Made by a program: the position numbers and the translations under genes
Shown here: one piece after another, positions 60,901 to 63,705 of the stretch
Numbering within the stretch: the first letter of the stretch is position 1
Layout: every line of letters starts with the position of its first letter
Assembly: GCA_012515595.1 (NCBI GenBank)
Contig: JAAYYA010000205.1
Location: 1 to 63,705, forward strand
Reading direction: 5' to 3'
Length of the DNA: 63,705 nucleotides
Origin: Actinomycetales bacterium
GTDB taxonomy: Bacteria > Actinomycetota > Actinomycetes > Actinomycetales > Dermatophilaceae
The notes under the pieces: generated by a model
Seen by the model: only the letters and a program-made list of their open reading frames with translations
Databases searched by the model: none
Told to the model about the DNA's origin: nothing

Positions 60901-62432
60901 ACGACTACCAGGACGACGAGGCCCTGGCCCGGCTCCGGGCCGCCGACCCCGCGACGGGTGCGCACCCCGACCTGCACCGGATCTCCCAGCGGCTCCGGGG
61001 GCGGACCCCGCTGGGCAGCGGGCCGGTGGGCGGCTTCGCCCCGGGCACGGGCTACAGCTTCTCCGACACCAGCGACACCGCCGTCCGGGTCAGCGACCCG
61101 GGCGCCCGGACCAGCCGCGTCGGCTTCGTGGTCGCGGCCTCGGTCGCGGCGCTCGCCTTCGGGGGCGGCGGCTACGTCATGGGGGTCGCCAGCGGTGATG
61201 ACGACCAGGGCGGACCGACCACCACGGCGGCGGACTCCGACGACGAGCGCGAGGCCAGCGACGGGTCGGACTCCGTCGAGGACCTGGCGGCGAGCGAGGG
61301 CGAGGCCTACGGGGGCGACGGCGACATCGGCTACGACTCCGCGGCCGGCGGCTACGCCGGCCCCGTGGTCCCCGTCGCCGGCGACGGCCTGTCGACGGAG
61401 CGCACGACCGGCACGGTCTACGCCGCGGACCAGGGCGGCGAGGCCGCGGACCCGGGTGCCCTGCTCGAGCAGTATGCCGGGGCGCTGGGGATCGAGGGCA
61501 CGACCGAGTCGGACAGCCAGACGGCCTACGTCACCGACGCCACCGACGGCCGGAGCGTTCACGTCTACGCGCACGGCGGCCTCGTCTCGGTCGACTACTC
61601 CAACCCCGCCCTCGACCCCTACTGCGAGGACTACATGGCCGAGCCGGGCATGATGTTCGGCGAGGACGGTCCGGACACCATCACGTGCGTCCCGCCGGGC
61701 GAGGCACCCGACGAGGAGACGGCCATCGCCCTGGTGAAGGAGTTCGCGGACACCGCGGGGTTCAGCTACGACGACTACGAGTTCCGCTTCGAGGTCTTCG
61801 ACCCGATGATCGCCTACGGCGAGGACTACGAGGAGCTCATGGGCGAGCAGGGCGAGGCACCGCCGGCGGACGACACGGTCGACACCAGCGCCTCCACGGC
61901 CGCTCCGGATGCCCAGGATCTGCTGGAGCGAGCCATCGAGGAGTGGGGGCCGGAGGGCTACCCGGACGTCCTCGACGTGTCGGTCACCGCTCACCGCACC
62001 GACGCGCCCCTGAAGAACTACCAGTCCTGGTACTTCGGGGTCACCGACCAGGGCGTGTCCTACGCCAGCTTCCAACTGGGCGAGTACGTCTCGCTCGGTG
62101 ACTACCCGGTGATCTCGCCGGCCGAGGCGGTCGAGCGCGCCAACGACATCCGGTTCCAGCAGATCGGCGCCTACATCCCGGACCTGGAGTTCGACGCCAG
62201 CTACTTCGAGGAGTGGACCGAGCCGGAGCCGCTGCCGCCGCTGACGGCCGGGGAGCCGATCCCCTACCCGCTGACCGAGTCGACGGTCACCGGCGCGGAG
62301 TTGCACTCCGGCGTGGTGAACCTGTGGGACGGCACCGAGTTCATCGCGCCGGTCTACCACCTCACCGACGACGAGGGCAACAGCTGGCAGGTGCTCGGCC
62401 TCGCCGAGGACGCCCTGGACTTCACCCCCTGA
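60897..62432 (+). CDS. Membrane-anchored protein with large acidic external domain (candidate anti-sigma factor)
   Basis: Short N-terminal region, one TM (VGFVVAASVAALAFGGGGYVMGV), D/E-rich remainder; directly downstream of the ECF sigma gene. Confidence 0.75.
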   Translation: MNDYQDDEALARLRAADPATGAHPDLHRISQRLRGRTPLGSGPVGGFAPGTGYSFSDTSDTAVRVSDPGARTSRVGFVVAASVAALAFGGGGYVMGVASGDDDQGGPTTTAADSDDEREASDGSDSVEDLAASEGEAYGGDGDIGYDSAAGGYAGPVVPVAGDGLSTERTTGTVYAADQGGEAADPGALLEQYAGALGIEGTTESDSQTAYVTDATDGRSVHVYAHGGLVSVDYSNPALDPYCEDYMAEPGMMFGEDGPDTITCVPPGEAPDEETAIALVKEFADTAGFSYDDYEFRFEVFDPMIAYGEDYEELMGEQGEAPPADDTVDTSASTAAPDAQDLLERAIEEWGPEGYPDVLDVSVTAHRTDAPLKNYQSWYFGVTDQGVSYASFQLGEYVSLGDYPVISPAEAVERANDIRFQQIGAYIPDLEFDASYFEEWTEPEPLPPLTAGEPIPYPLTESTVTGAELHSGVVNLWDGTEFIAPVYHLTDDEGNSWQVLGLAEDALDFTP

Positions 62433-62458
62433 CCCGGACCGGGGCAGGCCCGGGTCAC

Positions 62459-62492
62459 CAGCGGGTGCCGCGCGTGCTGCGCGGCACCCGCT
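62459..62492. terminator. Hairpin between convergent genes
   Basis: CAGCGGGTGCCGCGC...GCGCGGCACCCGCTG. Confidence 0.65.
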
Positions 62493-62538
62493 GCGTGTCC
62501 GGCGAGAGTATGCCGTGGGGCGCGGTGCGAGGACCGGG

Positions 62539-63705
62539 TCAGGCGAAGGTCTCCCGCGAGCGCAGCACCTCGCGGAGCACCGACCGCTGGTCGACGAGGG
62601 CCCGCCGGACGGCGGGCGACAGTGACCCGCCGGCCAGGGCCTGCTCGGTCGCCTCGACCGTCGCCTCCTCCACCACGGCGCGCGGGTAGGCCAGGGAGGC
62701 CACCCGGGCCAGCGCGTCCTGCCCGACCCGCCCCTCCAGCGCAGGGACGTCGCGGTGGAAGCGCGCGACATACGGCCGGACCAGGTCAGTATGCCGACCG
62801 GTCCAGAACCCGGCGGCCAGCGCGTTCAGCTCGTGGTTGGAGCGGCCGTGGTCGCCGACCAGCTGCTCCCACGCCCAGGCCTTGTCGTCCTCGGTGGGCA
62901 GGGCGGCGCGGGCGGTGAGCGCGCCCAGGTTGCCCTGCAGCGAGTCGTCCTCGGCCCGGGCCGCCTCCAGCTCCGCGACCGTGGCGGCGCCGGTCACCGC
63001 GAGGGAGCGCAGCACCAGCCACCGGAAGTCCCGGTCCCCGGCCAGGCCGTCGGGCAGCCCCTCCCCCGCGGCCCAGCGGCGCAGCAGGTCCGCGTCCCGG
63101 CTGGTCGCGGCCAGCACTCGGGCCGCCGCCAGCACCTGCGTGGAGCCGGGCGCCGCCGAGCCCAGCCGGGCCCGCGCCGCCCCGGCCACCGCGCCCTGGG
63201 CCTCGGGGACCGCCTCGTCGGGGAGGTACTCCCCCAGCACGCGGGATGACAGCAGGGCCCCGGAGCGACTCAGGATCGAGGGGTTGTCCTCGGTGGGCCA
63301 GGCCGCGGCAAAGGTGTCGACGACGAGCCGCGGGTCGACCGTCGCGGTGGCCAGCCCGTCGGTGAGGGCGACCCAGACGACCGCGCGGTGCTGGGCCGAT
63401 CCGACCGAGGCGAGCTGCCGCGGCAGGGCCGCGAGGCTCTCCTCCGAGAGCACCACGCGCGCCCAGGTCAGGTCGCCGGCGTTCGGGATGAGCAGGGCCG
63501 GCTCCGCTGCGGCACCCGGCACCTCTATATCCGGCACCTCTATATCCGGCGCCGCGGCATCCGGCGCCCCGTCCCCGACGCCGGCCTGACCGGCGCCCAC
63601 CGGCACGGTGACCTCGTCGCGGTCCACCGTCGCCCCCACCCGGAGCACCTCTCGGCCGTCGGTCCACCCCGCCACATCCAGCGTGTGCGGGCGGTCGGCC
63701 GGCCG
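62539..63705 (-). CDS. pepN: Aminopeptidase N, C-terminal (ERAP1-like) part; 5' end lies outside the window
   Basis: RPHTLDV..., LLIPNAGDLTWARV, DRDFRW, ALPTEDDKAWAW, GFW..., LVRPYV; catalytic HEXXH not in window. Confidence 0.75.
   Translation of the reverse strand, partial: RPADRPHTLDVAGWTDGREVLRVGATVDRDEVTVPVGAGQAGVGDGAPDAAAPDIEVPDIEVPGAAAEPALLIPNAGDLTWARVVLSEESLAALPRQLASVGSAQHRAVVWVALTDGLATATVDPRLVVDTFAAAWPTEDNPSILSRSGALLSSRVLGEYLPDEAVPEAQGAVAGAARARLGSAAPGSTQVLAAARVLAATSRDADLLRRWAAGEGLPDGLAGDRDFRWLVLRSLAVTGAATVAELEAARAEDDSLQGNLGALTARAALPTEDDKAWAWEQLVGDHGRSNHELNALAAGFWTGRHTDLVRPYVARFHRDVPALEGRVGQDALARVASLAYPRAVVEEATVEATEQALAGGSLSPAVRRALVDQRSVLREVLRSRETFA
63516..63550. repeat. 15-bp tandem duplication inside pepN
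   Basis: CCGGCACCTCTATAT x2 plus CCGGC; encodes PDIEVPDIEVP. Confidence 0.85.

Overview
Very GC-rich (roughly 72-74% by eye) actinobacterial chromosome segment; gene content and order suggest Micrococcales, but that is inference. The core backbone on the minus strand is tRNA-Tyr ... tRNA-Thr/tRNA-Met-rpmG-hadA/hadB-like-murB ... tRNA-Trp-secE-nusG-rplK-rplA ... rplJ-rplL-rpoB (5' part). Accessory blocks are interleaved: a FitA/VapC toxin-antitoxin pair next to a small alarmone synthetase, an ABC-2 exporter, a sialic-acid (nan) uptake and catabolism cluster with a recognisable NanR-type operator, a MarR/MFS pair, two fatty-acid modules (one with a frameshifted acyl-CoA ligase), an ECF sigma factor with a candidate anti-sigma factor, and the 3' part of pepN. 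No integrase, transposase, CRISPR or rRNA was seen. The strongest unexplained signals are not genes. (1) The non-palindromic octamer CGGCATAC/GTATGCCG occurs about 27 times on both strands (about 41 for GTATGNCG) and forces rare codons in several frames. (2) Several families of dispersed short repeat arrays have fixed 32-bp or 53-bp periods (about 3 and 5 helical turns); many sit directly after stop codons, one supplies a stop codon and one is inserted in frame inside a protein. All counts and coordinates were read by hand.
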